DNA of 64,000 nt from an uncultured Fibrobacterales bacterium (GCA_963934255.1 CAWVXU010000003.1:4209-68208); one strand, 5' to 3'. Shown: positions 19,193-28,789, counted from the first letter of the stretch. Program-made: numbers and translations. The notes: generated from the letters alone by a model not told the origin.

Positions 19193-21390
19193 TTGGATTC
19201 TCCAATTTTAATTTTCATGCCTGGCTTAATAGAACGTCGTTCTAATTTATTCCAGGACTTCAATTCATCTACAGAGACACCATGGTCTTTAGATATTTGC
19301 CAAAGAGTATCGCCCGATTGCACTGTATACCACTTGACTCCACCTGAGATACTTATTTGCTTCTGCTTAGATTGAACAAGTCTTTTCGAAGAGCTGCCTG
19401 TTTGAGGATGAGGCACTCTCAATTTCATACCCGGTTGAATTTTGGAACCGGGCTTTAAATTATTGAGATTTATTAATTCACTTAAAGACACATTGAGGCT
19501 TTGAGCAATATTATACAGGTTATCACCGCGCTTAATCGTGTAGATTTTAGAATTTGATCTGGTGTTTGAGACCTTCGAAGATTGTTGCGTGTTTGAACTC
19601 TTAGAAACTGTCCTCCCGCCCCCTACTTTGGGTACTTTTAATTTCTGACCCACGCTCAAATTTGACGATGAAACTTTGTTTACCGCCATGAGCTCAACGC
19701 TTGTCATATCATATTTATCAGCTATTAGGGAAAAGTTATCGCCTGATTTGACTTTATAGGTAGTGAGTTCAGATGACTTCCAAATCCGAGATGGTTTTGA
19801 AGTCTTCGCTTGAGTCACTTTTTGAGCTACTGGATATTTTAGCTTCTGCCCCACTTGAATACTTTGACGAACATTGATCTTATTGGCATCCAAAAGAGTA
19901 TTGAGTGAAACACCGAGTTTGCGAGAAATAGTATAGAGGTTATCACCGCGTCTTACTTTATAAATTTTTGTAGTCTGTCCTGATTGGTTTTGATACTGTT
20001 TGGAGTATTTTGCCCCGAGGCCTGCTGGTAAAGGAATAACCAAAACTTGACCAATGAGTAAACGATTGGATTTGATATTATTGGCCGCTTTGATTTCAGA
20101 GATATTAATTCCATAGCGACTCGCAATTTTACCTAAGTATTCACCTGATCTAACCTTATGTCGATGAAGTGTTTTGAGTTTGGACTTATCCATCTCAGCA
20201 TATTTGACTTCCCAAAGTTTTCGTTTGCCCACAGGGACTTTGAAATCATAATTTTTAAAATTACTCGGAGTACACCATTTACGAAGCTCAGGGTTTAAAG
20301 CCTTAAGAGTAACTTCGGGTACATCAATTAATTTGGCTATAGTTGAAAGCGGTATAGAATGAGAAACCGGGGTTGACTCCCAAACAGGTGGCGTCATTTG
20401 TGTGACTTCGATGCCGTATCGTTCAGGGTAATGACCTATGATAGCCGCAGCAATAATCCTTGGGACATAGTGCTTAGTTTCTTTAGGAAGATTTAATTCC
20501 CAATAGTTTTTGGTCCCGGCTTTTCTTATGGCGCGACGTACACATCCACCACCACAATTATAGGCAGCCATCGCTAGATGCCAATCTCCAAATTGTTTAT
20601 GGAGGTCTCGCATAAAACTAATTGCACCACGAGTTGATTTAAGAGGGTCTCTTCTTTCATCTAACCACCAGTCAATCTTCATACCATAGGCACGACCTGT
20701 CGATGGTATAAATTGCCAAATACCGCCAGCACTTGCAGTCGAAGTGGCAGAGGTTTTATAACCTGATTCAACTAGCGCTTGATAGATGAGGTCTCTTGGT
20801 ACATCCATCGAGTCTAGTTCGCGATAAATTAATTCATCGTAGAGAGTCTTACGTGAAAGTGACTTACGCATAAATGACGGCACTCTTTGAGAAAGGAAAT
20901 GTAGCTCTTCATAAACACGCTCATTGAGGACAATAGGAATAGAAAATTTACTGATATCAATACTATCAGATAGAGTCTTGATGGTCGTCGATTCAGTTGA
21001 GTCTAAAATAATGTCCTCAAACTCAGAAAGCCAAAGACCCACGGTATCTTCTTGAATCTGCCCTTCAACTTGAAGCCAGGTCGATTCCATCCCGAGGAGA
21101 ACAGAATCCAAATAGAGCGAAAGACTCGAATCTTTAGACAACGAGTCAATTCCGAGTTCTTGCAAGTATGCCAAAGCATAGCGATATTGCTTATCTGATT
21201 CTTGAAATTCTTCTTCACGTTCTAATTTGAGACCCATTTGATAATGAACCCTTGAAGCTTCGAGAGATTCTGGAATAAGGCTTTGAGGCTTTTTTTGAAG
21301 GCTGCAAGCCACCAAAGTTTCACAGAGAATAAGAAAAGCCCCCAACTCGAGAGCTTTTTTAAAATAATGAGCTTGATTAAATAAGTTCAT
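19189..21390 (-). CDS. Membrane-bound lytic murein transglycosylase D-like lipoprotein with five LysM repeats
   Basis: Lipobox TLVAC. SLT catalytic region ESGYKTSATSTASAGGIWQFIPSTGRAYG and AYNCGGG. Five C-terminal LysM units (Y.V..GD.L..IA......L...N.......GQKLK.P). Confidence 0.85.
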   Translation of the reverse strand: MNLFNQAHYFKKALELGAFLILCETLVACSLQKKPQSLIPESLEASRVHYQMGLKLEREEEFQESDKQYRYALAYLQELGIDSLSKDSSLSLYLDSVLLGMESTWLQVEGQIQEDTVGLWLSEFEDIILDSTESTTIKTLSDSIDISKFSIPIVLNERVYEELHFLSQRVPSFMRKSLSRKTLYDELIYRELDSMDVPRDLIYQALVESGYKTSATSTASAGGIWQFIPSTGRAYGMKIDWWLDERRDPLKSTRGAISFMRDLHKQFGDWHLAMAAYNCGGGCVRRAIRKAGTKNYWELNLPKETKHYVPRIIAAAIIGHYPERYGIEVTQMTPPVWESTPVSHSIPLSTIAKLIDVPEVTLKALNPELRKWCTPSNFKNYDFKVPVGKRKLWEVKYAEMDKSKLKTLHRHKVRSGEYLGKIASRYGINISEIKAANNIKSNRLLIGQVLVIPLPAGLGAKYSKQYQNQSGQTTKIYKVRRGDNLYTISRKLGVSLNTLLDANKINVRQSIQVGQKLKYPVAQKVTQAKTSKPSRIWKSSELTTYKVKSGDNFSLIADKYDMTSVELMAVNKVSSSNLSVGQKLKVPKVGGGRTVSKSSNTQQSSKVSNTRSNSKIYTIKRGDNLYNIAQSLNVSLSELINLNNLKPGSKIQPGMKLRVPHPQTGSSSKRLVQSKQKQISISGGVKWYTVQSGDTLWQISKDHGVSVDELKSWNKLERRSIKPGMKIKIGESK

Positions 21391-21403
21391 TTAGTGCTGA
21401 CGA

Positions 21404-21601
21404 CTAATCGTCGAAATCAAGATCTTCAGCGTAATCATTCCAGATTTGATCCCGCTTAAAAGACGGAGTGTCAAAATCGACTTCTTCGTCTTCATCATCA
21501 TCATCTTCATCTTCGAATTCATCATGATCCCCGCCGAGTGGCTGATAATCATCAAAATCTTCTGCTTTGGGTCTTCTACCAAATTCAAGTTTTCTTTTCA
21601 T
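21404..21601 (-). CDS. Hyper-acidic 65-aa protein, unknown function
   Basis: GAGG lies 7 nt upstream of the ATG. The sequence is Asp/Glu-rich (DEFEDEDDDDEDEEVDFD). Ends 13 nt upstream of the transglycosylase gene. Confidence 0.45.
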   Translation of the reverse strand: MKRKLEFGRRPKAEDFDDYQPLGGDHDEFEDEDDDDEDEEVDFDTPSFKRDQIWNDYAEDLDFDD

Positions 21602-21662
21602 AACGATACCTCACATGGAAGTTGAAAAATAATTTAAACAATTTGGAGTAAAAATATGTGTT

Positions 21663-23417
21663 TTGGCTCTTCCGTCAATAGTATATTATAGGAAAATAAA
21701 TTTAATAGGTTATTCCGTGAAAACTTTGCTCATATTTACCTGTATATTCAGTTTTTTTAGTCTTTCTTGGGGTGATTCTACGAAAATAGATTCAAGTAGC
21801 TCTTCGATAGACAATAAAATTAAAACAGAAAACCTTTCTGCCATCACAATAACTCTGTCTGAAATGGTCGATCCGGGAATGGCATCCTACACAAAACGTG
21901 CCATTTCTGATGCCAAATCCAAGAAACCAGATATAATTATCTTTGAAGTAAACACTTTTGGAGGCAGATTAGATGCAGCATTTGAAATCGTCGATGCCAT
22001 CACCGAAATTCGAGATATTAGAACTATCGCCCTCGTCAACAAAAAAGCCATCTCTGCCGGTGCACTAATATCTCTGGCAGCTGATGAAATGTATATGCGA
22101 CCCAACACAACCATTGGTGATTGTGCTCCGATTATTCAAGGTCAAGATGGTCCCACGATGCTTGGTGAAAAGATCCAATCCCCACTTAGAGCCAAATTTA
22201 GAGGACTCGCTCAAAAAAACGGCTACTCAGAACTACTCTCCATGGCCATGGTCTCAGAAAATCTTGAAATATTTAAATTAACTGCCAAAGCGGATTCGAG
22301 TGTGATTGAATTCATGCAAAGCGTCCACTATGATGAGCTAAGTGAAAAAGAGAAATCTACCTGGCACCAAAAAACAACTATTGTTCAAGCTGGAGAACTT
22401 TTGACGATCACCAATAGTGAAGCTGTTGAATTTGGGTTTTCTAAAGGTACTATGGAAGATATTGAAAGCTTAAAGACTCATCTCAATGTCACTGAAGTCA
22501 AAGAAATCAAGATCTCTTGGTCTGAATCAATGGTCAGAGCACTTGCAGCGCTTTCCCCTATTTTATTACTTCTAGGATTTGGCTCCCTATACATAGAAAT
22601 TAAAACTCCTGGCTTTGGATTCTTTGGTGTACTAGGGATTCTCTGTATCGGCATTGTTTTCGGCGGCCAATACTTAACTGGATTGTCTGACCACCTAGCC
22701 ATCGTATTGTTTGCACTCGGCGCCTTATTGATAATAGTTGAAATGTTCGTTTTCCCAGGGACTTGGATATCTGGAGCGATTGGCCTCCTCTGCTTCATAG
22801 CCGCTCTGTCTATCGGTATGACTAAGCAAGCCCAAGCCAAAGAGGACGCTCTTGAGCAAGCTCAAAAACAAGAAGGGCTCAAGACCTCTCAAGAGGCCCA
22901 AGACAAGGCTAAGCAATCTGATAAACCGCCTGCAGACCAGCTTAAGCCGGGTCAGCCAAATGATGAACCCGATACTAATAAGGTGAGTGACTCAATTTCT
23001 GAAAAAACATCACCGACTTTAACTCCTGCTAAAATCACAACTCCAAAAACCTCCTTTGAAACTTATTCTGACCAAGTAAAGTATCTACTGCTATTAGCAC
23101 TTGGTGGACTTATATTCCCTATTGTCTTTGCGCGATATATCCTACCTAATATCCCTGCACGTCATGGCGTGATGCTCAATGAAACACTTGAGGACGCTCA
23201 TGTTCAAGATGGAGCTTTTGGCTTTAGAATTGGGCAAGAAGGCAAGGCAATCAATTTACTCAAACCGATGGGGACAGTCGATTTTGATGGAAAGCTCAAA
23301 GAAGTTACAGCAAGATCAGGCTTTATTGATCAAGACTGTAAGGTGAGAATTTGTTCGGTAGAAAACCATCAAATTTGGGTGGAAGAAATTCCACAAGTTC
23401 AGGCGGAGGAGTCATGA
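21663..23417 (+). CDS. NfeD-like membrane-bound ClpP-class serine protease (long NfeD1b type)
   Basis: N-terminal ClpP/crotonase-like domain (IIFEVNTFGGRLDAAFEIVD, AISAGALISLAADE), a central block of TM helices, and a C-terminal OB-like domain (GQEGKAINLLKPMGTVDFDGK). Start uncertain: TTG at 21663 or GTG at 21717. Confidence 0.75.
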   Translation: MALPSIVYYRKINLIGYSVKTLLIFTCIFSFFSLSWGDSTKIDSSSSSIDNKIKTENLSAITITLSEMVDPGMASYTKRAISDAKSKKPDIIIFEVNTFGGRLDAAFEIVDAITEIRDIRTIALVNKKAISAGALISLAADEMYMRPNTTIGDCAPIIQGQDGPTMLGEKIQSPLRAKFRGLAQKNGYSELLSMAMVSENLEIFKLTAKADSSVIEFMQSVHYDELSEKEKSTWHQKTTIVQAGELLTITNSEAVEFGFSKGTMEDIESLKTHLNVTEVKEIKISWSESMVRALAALSPILLLLGFGSLYIEIKTPGFGFFGVLGILCIGIVFGGQYLTGLSDHLAIVLFALGALLIIVEMFVFPGTWISGAIGLLCFIAALSIGMTKQAQAKEDALEQAQKQEGLKTSQEAQDKAKQSDKPPADQLKPGQPNDEPDTNKVSDSISEKTSPTLTPAKITTPKTSFETYSDQVKYLLLLALGGLIFPIVFARYILPNIPARHGVMLNETLEDAHVQDGAFGFRIGQEGKAINLLKPMGTVDFDGKLKEVTARSGFIDQDCKVRICSVENHQIWVEEIPQVQAEES

Positions 23418-23917
23418 GTTTCTCAGAAATCCCTTCTATCATCTGGGGGCTCCAGATAGCCGTATTTGTCCTACTTGTCCTTGAAATCATAATTCCTTCA
23501 GGTGGTATTATTTTTGCCATGGCTGCTATTGCTCTTGTCTGGGCATGGATGCAGACTTTGAATGTAGATTTAGGTCATTGGACATTTGTGTTTTTAGGTG
23601 TTGATCTTATCGGTATTCCATTCATGATTTGGCTCTCTCTTAAGGCACTGAAGAAATCAGGCTTTACACTCCAAACTGAGCTAGTAAGCGATGAAGGATT
23701 TCAATCTCCTCATGCTTTTGATCAAGATTTATCAGGTCAAGTCGGTGTAGTAACTCAAGATTTGAGACCCGTCGGCAAAATAAGACTAGAACAAGGAGAG
23801 TTTGAAGCCATATCAGAACATGATTGGATTGTCAAGGACAGTCAAATTGAAGTACAATCTTGCCAAGACAACAAAATTATCGTCAAAAAAATACGAACAG
23901 AAAAAAGTAGTCCATAA
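23414..23917 (+). CDS. Short NfeD-family protein (YqeZ/NfeD2-like: TM helices + OB domain)
   Basis: ATG at 23414 overlaps the upstream stop (ATGA). Hydrophobic N-terminal half. C-terminal GQVGVVTQDLRPVGKIRLEQGEFEAIS matches the NfeD OB-fold pattern. Confidence 0.65.
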   Translation: MSFSEIPSIIWGLQIAVFVLLVLEIIIPSGGIIFAMAAIALVWAWMQTLNVDLGHWTFVFLGVDLIGIPFMIWLSLKALKKSGFTLQTELVSDEGFQSPHAFDQDLSGQVGVVTQDLRPVGKIRLEQGEFEAISEHDWIVKDSQIEVQSCQDNKIIVKKIRTEKSSP

Positions 23918-23959
23918 CACTAAACAACAAATAACAATTAAAAAACCAAAGGAAATAGA

Positions 23960-24943
23960 ATGCCAATAACAACCATTCTTATCATCATCGGAATTATTGT
24001 CGCGCTTGTGATATTTTTCTTCGTTACTTCATTTATCAATCTTTACCTACAGGCTTTGTTTTCAAATGCTAGTATTAGTATTTTTCAACTTATCGGTATG
24101 CGTCTGCGTAAAGTTCCGGCTCGTACTATTGTTGAGTCGCGCATCTTGGCAATTAAAGCCGGCATGCCTATTGACACCAACTTATTAGAAGCTCACTACC
24201 TATCAGGTGGTCATGTTATTCGTGTCGTCCAAGCACTTATTGCTGCTAATAAAGCGAACATCGAACTTCAATTCAAAGAAGCTGCTGCTATTGACCTCGC
24301 TGGTCGTAACGTACTAGAAGCGGTACAAATGTCCGTGACTCCTAAAGTCATCACGACTCCTAAAATTGTCGCTATGGCTCTTGATGGTATCCAACTTAAA
24401 GTTGTGACTCGTATTACAGTCCGTGCTTCTATTCGCAAGCTCGTTGGTGGTGCAGGCGAAGACACTGTTATCGCACGTGTCGGTGAAGGTATTGTATCGA
24501 CTATTGGTTCTGCCAAAACTCATAAAGATGTACTTGAAAATCCAAATATGATTTCTCGCCAAGTTCTCTCATCAGGTCTTGATGCCGGTACTGCTTTTGA
24601 AATACTATCTATTGATATCGCAGATGTGGATGTCGGTAAAAACATTGGTGCGGACCTAGAGACTGACCGTGCTGAAGCAGATAAAAAAATCGCTCAAGCT
24701 AAAGCCGAAGAACGCCGTGCAATGGCCTATGCTAAAGAACAAGAGATGAAAGCTGAAGTTGTCTTCATGCAATCAAAAGTGGTCGAAGCAGAAGCGCTAG
24801 TCCCTCTGGCTATGGCAGAAGCATTTAGACAAGGTAATCTTGGCGTGATGGATTATTACAAAATGAAAAACATCGAAGCCGACACCAACATGCGTGATAA
24901 TATTGTTAAACCAGAAAACGATAAGTCGCAGGGAGAAGTTTAA
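23960..24943 (+). CDS. floA: Flotillin-like protein FloA (UPF0365 / YqfA, SPFH)
   Basis: Near-colinear with B. subtilis FloA: [85 protein letters not shown]. Confidence 0.9.
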   Translation: MPITTILIIIGIIVALVIFFFVTSFINLYLQALFSNASISIFQLIGMRLRKVPARTIVESRILAIKAGMPIDTNLLEAHYLSGGHVIRVVQALIAANKANIELQFKEAAAIDLAGRNVLEAVQMSVTPKVITTPKIVAMALDGIQLKVVTRITVRASIRKLVGGAGEDTVIARVGEGIVSTIGSAKTHKDVLENPNMISRQVLSSGLDAGTAFEILSIDIADVDVGKNIGADLETDRAEADKKIAQAKAEERRAMAYAKEQEMKAEVVFMQSKVVEAEALVPLAMAEAFRQGNLGVMDYYKMKNIEADTNMRDNIVKPENDKSQGEV

Positions 24944-24945
24944 CA

Positions 24946-25494
24946 ATGAGTGATCTCTTTACTTGGATTATCACTATTCTCGTTTTCCAAGGCGTCGCCG
25001 CCTTGGTCAATCGATCGAATAAAGCCAAGAAAAAGGCTGATGCACAGAGGCGTCAAGGTCATGAAAGTGAAGACTCTCCTAATCAAGGCTCTGTACAAGA
25101 TTCTCCTGAGAACTCAAATCCCCTAGCCAATTTTTTTGAAAACTTAGAGAAGTCTGCGGCCAACTCTCAGCCCAATCAAGTTGATTTTATACAAAATGCT
25201 GGTGTGATTGCTCCTCAAACGACAAGTTCTTACGAACTTCATGAAGAGTCTCAACTCGAAGCGTATTCTCATTCTGAATCTGAAGACTCTGAAGAAGAAG
25301 AACGCCGAGAAGATGAAGAGTATGCTCTACAAAAAAAGGTCCGACGAAATCAGGAACGAATGGAGGAGGTCGAAAAGGAACGCATTCGTATTATAGGTCG
25401 CCCAAGACCACTAGACCGCATCCCTCAGATGGGTCTTTTGGAACAAGGGATGCTATGGAAAGAAATCCTCGGCAAACCTAAAGGGCTTCAATAA
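24946..25494 (+). CDS. Hypothetical single-TM, acidic low-complexity protein (positional analog of B. subtilis yqfB)
   Basis: Starts 2 nt after the floA stop. N-terminal TM helix, then a Glu/Ser-rich tail. Confidence 0.5.
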   Translation: MSDLFTWIITILVFQGVAALVNRSNKAKKKADAQRRQGHESEDSPNQGSVQDSPENSNPLANFFENLEKSAANSQPNQVDFIQNAGVIAPQTTSSYELHEESQLEAYSHSESEDSEEEERREDEEYALQKKVRRNQERMEEVEKERIRIIGRPRPLDRIPQMGLLEQGMLWKEILGKPKGLQ

Positions 25495-25520
25495 AGGGTC
25501 TGATTATAGGATAATTATTT

Positions 25521-25559
25521 AAACGTTCACTTCTTTGGGGTGGACGTTTTTGTGTTTTT
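25521..25559 (+). terminator. Rho-independent terminator of the NfeD-FloA operon
   Basis: AAACGTTCAC-loop-GTGGACGTTT (one G-U pair) followed by a T-rich run. Confidence 0.6.
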
Positions 25560-25627
25560 GGGGGGGGCATATATTATATAATCAGAATTAAATCAACAGT
25601 GATAAGTATGATTTTAGATAAAAAAAT

Positions 25628-25664
25628 TTGAAAAAAATAACCTCAAGATTTTCGTCTTGAGGTT
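25628..25664 (-). terminator. Rho-independent terminator after the YjfB-like gene
   Basis: Perfect 10-bp stem AACCTCAAGA / TCTTGAGGTT, followed on the minus strand by ATTTTTTT. Confidence 0.65.
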
Positions 25665-25733
25665 ATATAATATCACATAATTTACTTTTGAATATTCACT
25701 GACATTCACAGAAAACATGTTGATATCAATGAG

Positions 25734-25910
25734 TTATGCTGAAAGGTCAATTCCGCCACTTGCTTGCGCTGGTGGAGCTGGGATTGCATTAATTAAATCA
25801 AGTTGAGTTTTGCTTTGTTCTTGGGATGCTTTGAGCAGTTTAATACCGATCTCATTACCAGCTTGAGCAGCTTGAAGTGCGGCAGCACCGCCTAGTCCTG
25901 AAATATCCAT
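25734..25910 (-). CDS. YjfB-family putative motility protein (58 aa)
   Basis: MDISGLGGAAALQAAQAGNEIGIKLLKASQEQSKTQLDLI...GGIDLSA fits the YjfB_motility pattern (MDIS..., ...LKKA.D.Q...). GGAAGG SD lies upstream of the ATG at 25910. A sigma-28 promoter lies upstream. Confidence 0.7.
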   Translation of the reverse strand: MDISGLGGAAALQAAQAGNEIGIKLLKASQEQSKTQLDLINAIPAPPAQASGGIDLSA

Positions 25911-25950
25911 CACCTTCCTTCTTCCTTGAATTAGATTAGGGCTATTCAAT

Positions 25951-25977
25951 ATATCGGTAAGGTTTCTCAGAACTTTA
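25951..25977 (-). promoter_or_regulatory. Sigma-28 (FliA)-type promoter
   Basis: Minus strand reads TAAA-gttctgagaaacctt-ACCGATAT versus consensus TAAA-N15-GCCGATAA. The -10 element ends 39 nt before the YjfB-like ATG. Confidence 0.6.
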
Positions 25978-26127
25978 GCTTTCACTTTAACTTTCTGTAA
26001 AAATTTCTTGTGTTTTTTGGGTTTAGAGGCTTTCATTGGTCTTTAGTCTCTATATGATGAGTTTTTAAGCTGTATTTTCTCTGAATTATTTAAATATTGG
26101 TAAAATTGATTAAAGTAGGGTGCACCC

Positions 26128-27405
26128 ATGAATTCATCAGCAGTATTAGAAAAATATGGAAATCTAATCCATCTTAGTCCCACTCCTTTTCATGCAGTCA
26201 CTATGAGTAAAGAACTTCTTCTGACTAGCGGTTTTCAAGAACTCCAGGACTCCGGCACTTGGGAATTAAGCCCAGGTGAGAGCTACTTTGTCATACGTGA
26301 GAACTCGGCAATTATTGCGTTTAAAATACCTCAAAATTTATCATCCACTCCCGCCTTCAGAATTGTTGGGTCACACACTGACTCCCCCTGCTTTAAACTC
26401 AAATCCAATCCGACTTTAGCCAAAGAGGGATATCAGCAACTCAATGCTGAAGTTTATGGTTCGCCCTTGCTTAATAGTTGGCTTGACCGCGATCTAAAAA
26501 TGAGCGGGCTTGTCGTGGGTATGAGAAATGGCGAACTTTGTGACAAGATTTGCCAATTGCCTTGGGTCGCTCGCATCCCCCAACTTGCTATTCACTTGGA
26601 TCGCAATCTCAGTAAAGATGGACTCAAGCTCAATTCTCAAACTGAAATGACTCCTGTAATTGGGCTCGGATCCCAAACTCATGGAGAGTTTAAAAAGACT
26701 TTAGCTGATATTTTGAAGTTTGATGAAATCCTTTCTTGGGACCTTTGTTTTCATGACACCCAAGCTCCCGCTTTAGGCGGTATGAACTCAGAATTTTTAT
26801 TAGCTCCTCGACTTGATAATTTAGCGATGTTCTTCACCTCGGTTCACTCTTTAATCGAAACTCAAACAAGCTCATCACTTATCCCCATCATCGCAGCATT
26901 TAACCATGAGGAGGTCGGATCCACTTCACACGAAGGTGCCTCAGGCAACTTTCTTGAAAGCATACTTGAACGAGTATCTCAATCGCTTTCTATGGAACGC
27001 TGCTCCTATCTCGAATCCCTACCGCGCTCCCTTTTTATGAGTGCTGACATGGCTCACGCAATACACCCCAATTTCCCTGGACGACACGACGCATCTCATG
27101 CTCCTCAAATCAACAACGGACCAGTACTCAAGACCAACGTCAATCAAAGATACGCCACAAGCGCCTCAAGTGCCGCCAAAATAAAGTTGATTGCAAAGCA
27201 AGCCAATGTTGATTTGCAGGACTTTCATTCGCGAAATGACATGGGTTGTGGCTCCACGATTGGACCTTCAAGTTGCTCAAGGCTTGGAATCCCGGGGCTA
27301 GATATTGGCAACCCAATGCTATCTATGCACTCTATTCGAGAAATGTGTGGTGTAGAGGATTTTGAGGCTATGGAAAGATTAATACAGAAATTCTTTGAAT
27401 ACTGA
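26128..27405 (+). CDS. M18 family aspartyl aminopeptidase (ApeB-like)
   Basis: GSHTDSPCFKLK, NHEEVGS, SADMAHAIHPN, GCGSTIGP. Confidence 0.9.
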   Translation: MNSSAVLEKYGNLIHLSPTPFHAVTMSKELLLTSGFQELQDSGTWELSPGESYFVIRENSAIIAFKIPQNLSSTPAFRIVGSHTDSPCFKLKSNPTLAKEGYQQLNAEVYGSPLLNSWLDRDLKMSGLVVGMRNGELCDKICQLPWVARIPQLAIHLDRNLSKDGLKLNSQTEMTPVIGLGSQTHGEFKKTLADILKFDEILSWDLCFHDTQAPALGGMNSEFLLAPRLDNLAMFFTSVHSLIETQTSSSLIPIIAAFNHEEVGSTSHEGASGNFLESILERVSQSLSMERCSYLESLPRSLFMSADMAHAIHPNFPGRHDASHAPQINNGPVLKTNVNQRYATSASSAAKIKLIAKQANVDLQDFHSRNDMGCGSTIGPSSCSRLGIPGLDIGNPMLSMHSIREMCGVEDFEAMERLIQKFFEY

Positions 27406-27482
27406 CATTTCTTTTTTGTAAATTATAGGATAGGGAAGAGTCTTTTGTTAAGTTAACATTAGGTTGAGTATCGAGGAATTGA

Positions 27483-27962
27483 ATGAGTCAAGACCCTTAC
27501 ATTCTAGATGAAAATGAACTTCAATTGCTAAAGGATGAGGCGCTGCCTTTTTTTCATGAGCATTTAGAAGAATTCAGAAACTATGTCGTTCTCAAACTTG
27601 AAGATGATGCGCATGCATCTCTTTGGAAAATCACGATTGACTTTGTTTCTCATCTTAATTTGCCATTCAATATGCAACGATATATGAGCGTTCAAACCCA
27701 AAAAATTCGTAAATGCCTTATGGAAAACGAAGCTCAAAACAAACTCGATTATCAATCAGTCAAAGTAGAAAAACAAAAGCTTGTAGCAGATTGGATTCGA
27801 CGCGAAGCTCAATCTCACCGTGAAGATCAAATTAAAGCTCAAAAGTCTTGTCTAAATCAATTTAAAAAACAGTTTGAAAAAGCACTTTATAAAGAACTAT
27901 TCACATGTGATATCCCGCTCCCACTCCTTAATATCATCATCAGCCACGACAACAACGTTTAG
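27483..27962 (+). CDS. Hypothetical protein (159 aa)
   Basis: Isolated ORF with GAGG-like SD (cgaggaattgaATG). No recognisable motifs. Confidence 0.45.
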   Translation: MSQDPYILDENELQLLKDEALPFFHEHLEEFRNYVVLKLEDDAHASLWKITIDFVSHLNLPFNMQRYMSVQTQKIRKCLMENEAQNKLDYQSVKVEKQKLVADWIRREAQSHREDQIKAQKSCLNQFKKQFEKALYKELFTCDIPLPLLNIIISHDNNV

Positions 27963-28009
27963 TAAAACCTTATTCTAATTGAGTCTAAAGCTTTTTAAAA
28001 AACGAATCT

Positions 28010-28789
28010 TTAAGGTCGTACGACGCCATTCTTTGCATTTTCAATCCATTTAGATATCGTTTTTCTAGAATATTCATCAACTGTTTGATCCACAACAATA
28101 TCTTCTAGTTTAACTTTAATTGAACCCGAAGCAAAAGCCACATCAAGAATTTTTCGGAAGGTTTTAATCTGTATAGAATCAAACCCGGCTTTGCGCAGCC
28201 CGACAATATTGAGTCCAGCCCACTTCAATGGCTCACCCAAGGCTCGAGACCAGGGAGGTACATCGCGTACTACTTTAAGTGTGCCCCCCATAAAACTATA
28301 CTCACCAATTCGAGTAAACTGCTGTACAGCCACTCCACCCCCGAGTACCGCACCTTGACCAATAAAGACGTGTCCACCTAGTTGAACTCTATTAGCTAAC
28401 ACGACATCATTTTCTAAAACACAATCGTGAGCCACATGCGCGTAGGCCATCACAAGACAACGTTCACCCACTTTTGTAGGTATGTGAGTATCGACACTAG
28501 AATTAAGTGTTGTGTATTCTCTCAGCGTTGTATGAGAACCAATAATCAGTCCAGCAGTCTGTCCTTCAAACTTCATATCTTGTGGAGGAGAGCCCACAAT
28601 GGCTCCATCAAATACTTTGACATTTTCTCCGAGCCGAACCCCTGGATAGAGATGGGCTCGAGGAGATATATGACAACCATCTCCAATGACCACATCAGCA
28701 TCGATGACAGCATCAGCGTCAATGGAAACTCCTGAACCAATAATTGTTTCAGGAGAGACGATTGCCCTTGGGTGAATTAAAGAATTCAC
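28010..28789 (-). CDS. lpxA: Acyl-ACP--UDP-N-acetylglucosamine O-acyltransferase
   Basis: IHPRAIV followed by left-handed beta-helix hexapeptide repeats; 259 aa; operon context fabZ-lpxA. Confidence 0.9.
   Translation of the reverse strand: MNSLIHPRAIVSPETIIGSGVSIDADAVIDADVVIGDGCHISPRAHLYPGVRLGENVKVFDGAIVGSPPQDMKFEGQTAGLIIGSHTTLREYTTLNSSVDTHIPTKVGERCLVMAYAHVAHDCVLENDVVLANRVQLGGHVFIGQGAVLGGGVAVQQFTRIGEYSFMGGTLKVVRDVPPWSRALGEPLKWAGLNIVGLRKAGFDSIQIKTFRKILDVAFASGSIKVKLEDIVVDQTVDEYSRKTISKWIENAKNGVVRP

Noticed and set aside
21391-21588. A 65-aa Met/Lys-rich ORF overlapping the acidic miniprotein ORF in another frame.
   Set aside because: It is a frame artefact of the GAT/GAA-rich repeat. It lacks an SD, whereas the acidic frame has GAGG 7 nt upstream of its ATG.
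25560-25567. A G8 homopolymer in an AT-rich intergenic region, considered as a possible phase-variation tract.
   Set aside because: It lies between two convergent terminators, not in a promoter spacer or coding region, so slippage would have no obvious consequence.
25911-26036. An N-terminal 42-codon extension of the YjfB-like ORF (the track gives 100 aa).
   Set aside because: The extension would swallow the sigma-28 promoter and the GGAAGG SD. YjfB-family proteins are about 55-65 aa and begin MDIS.
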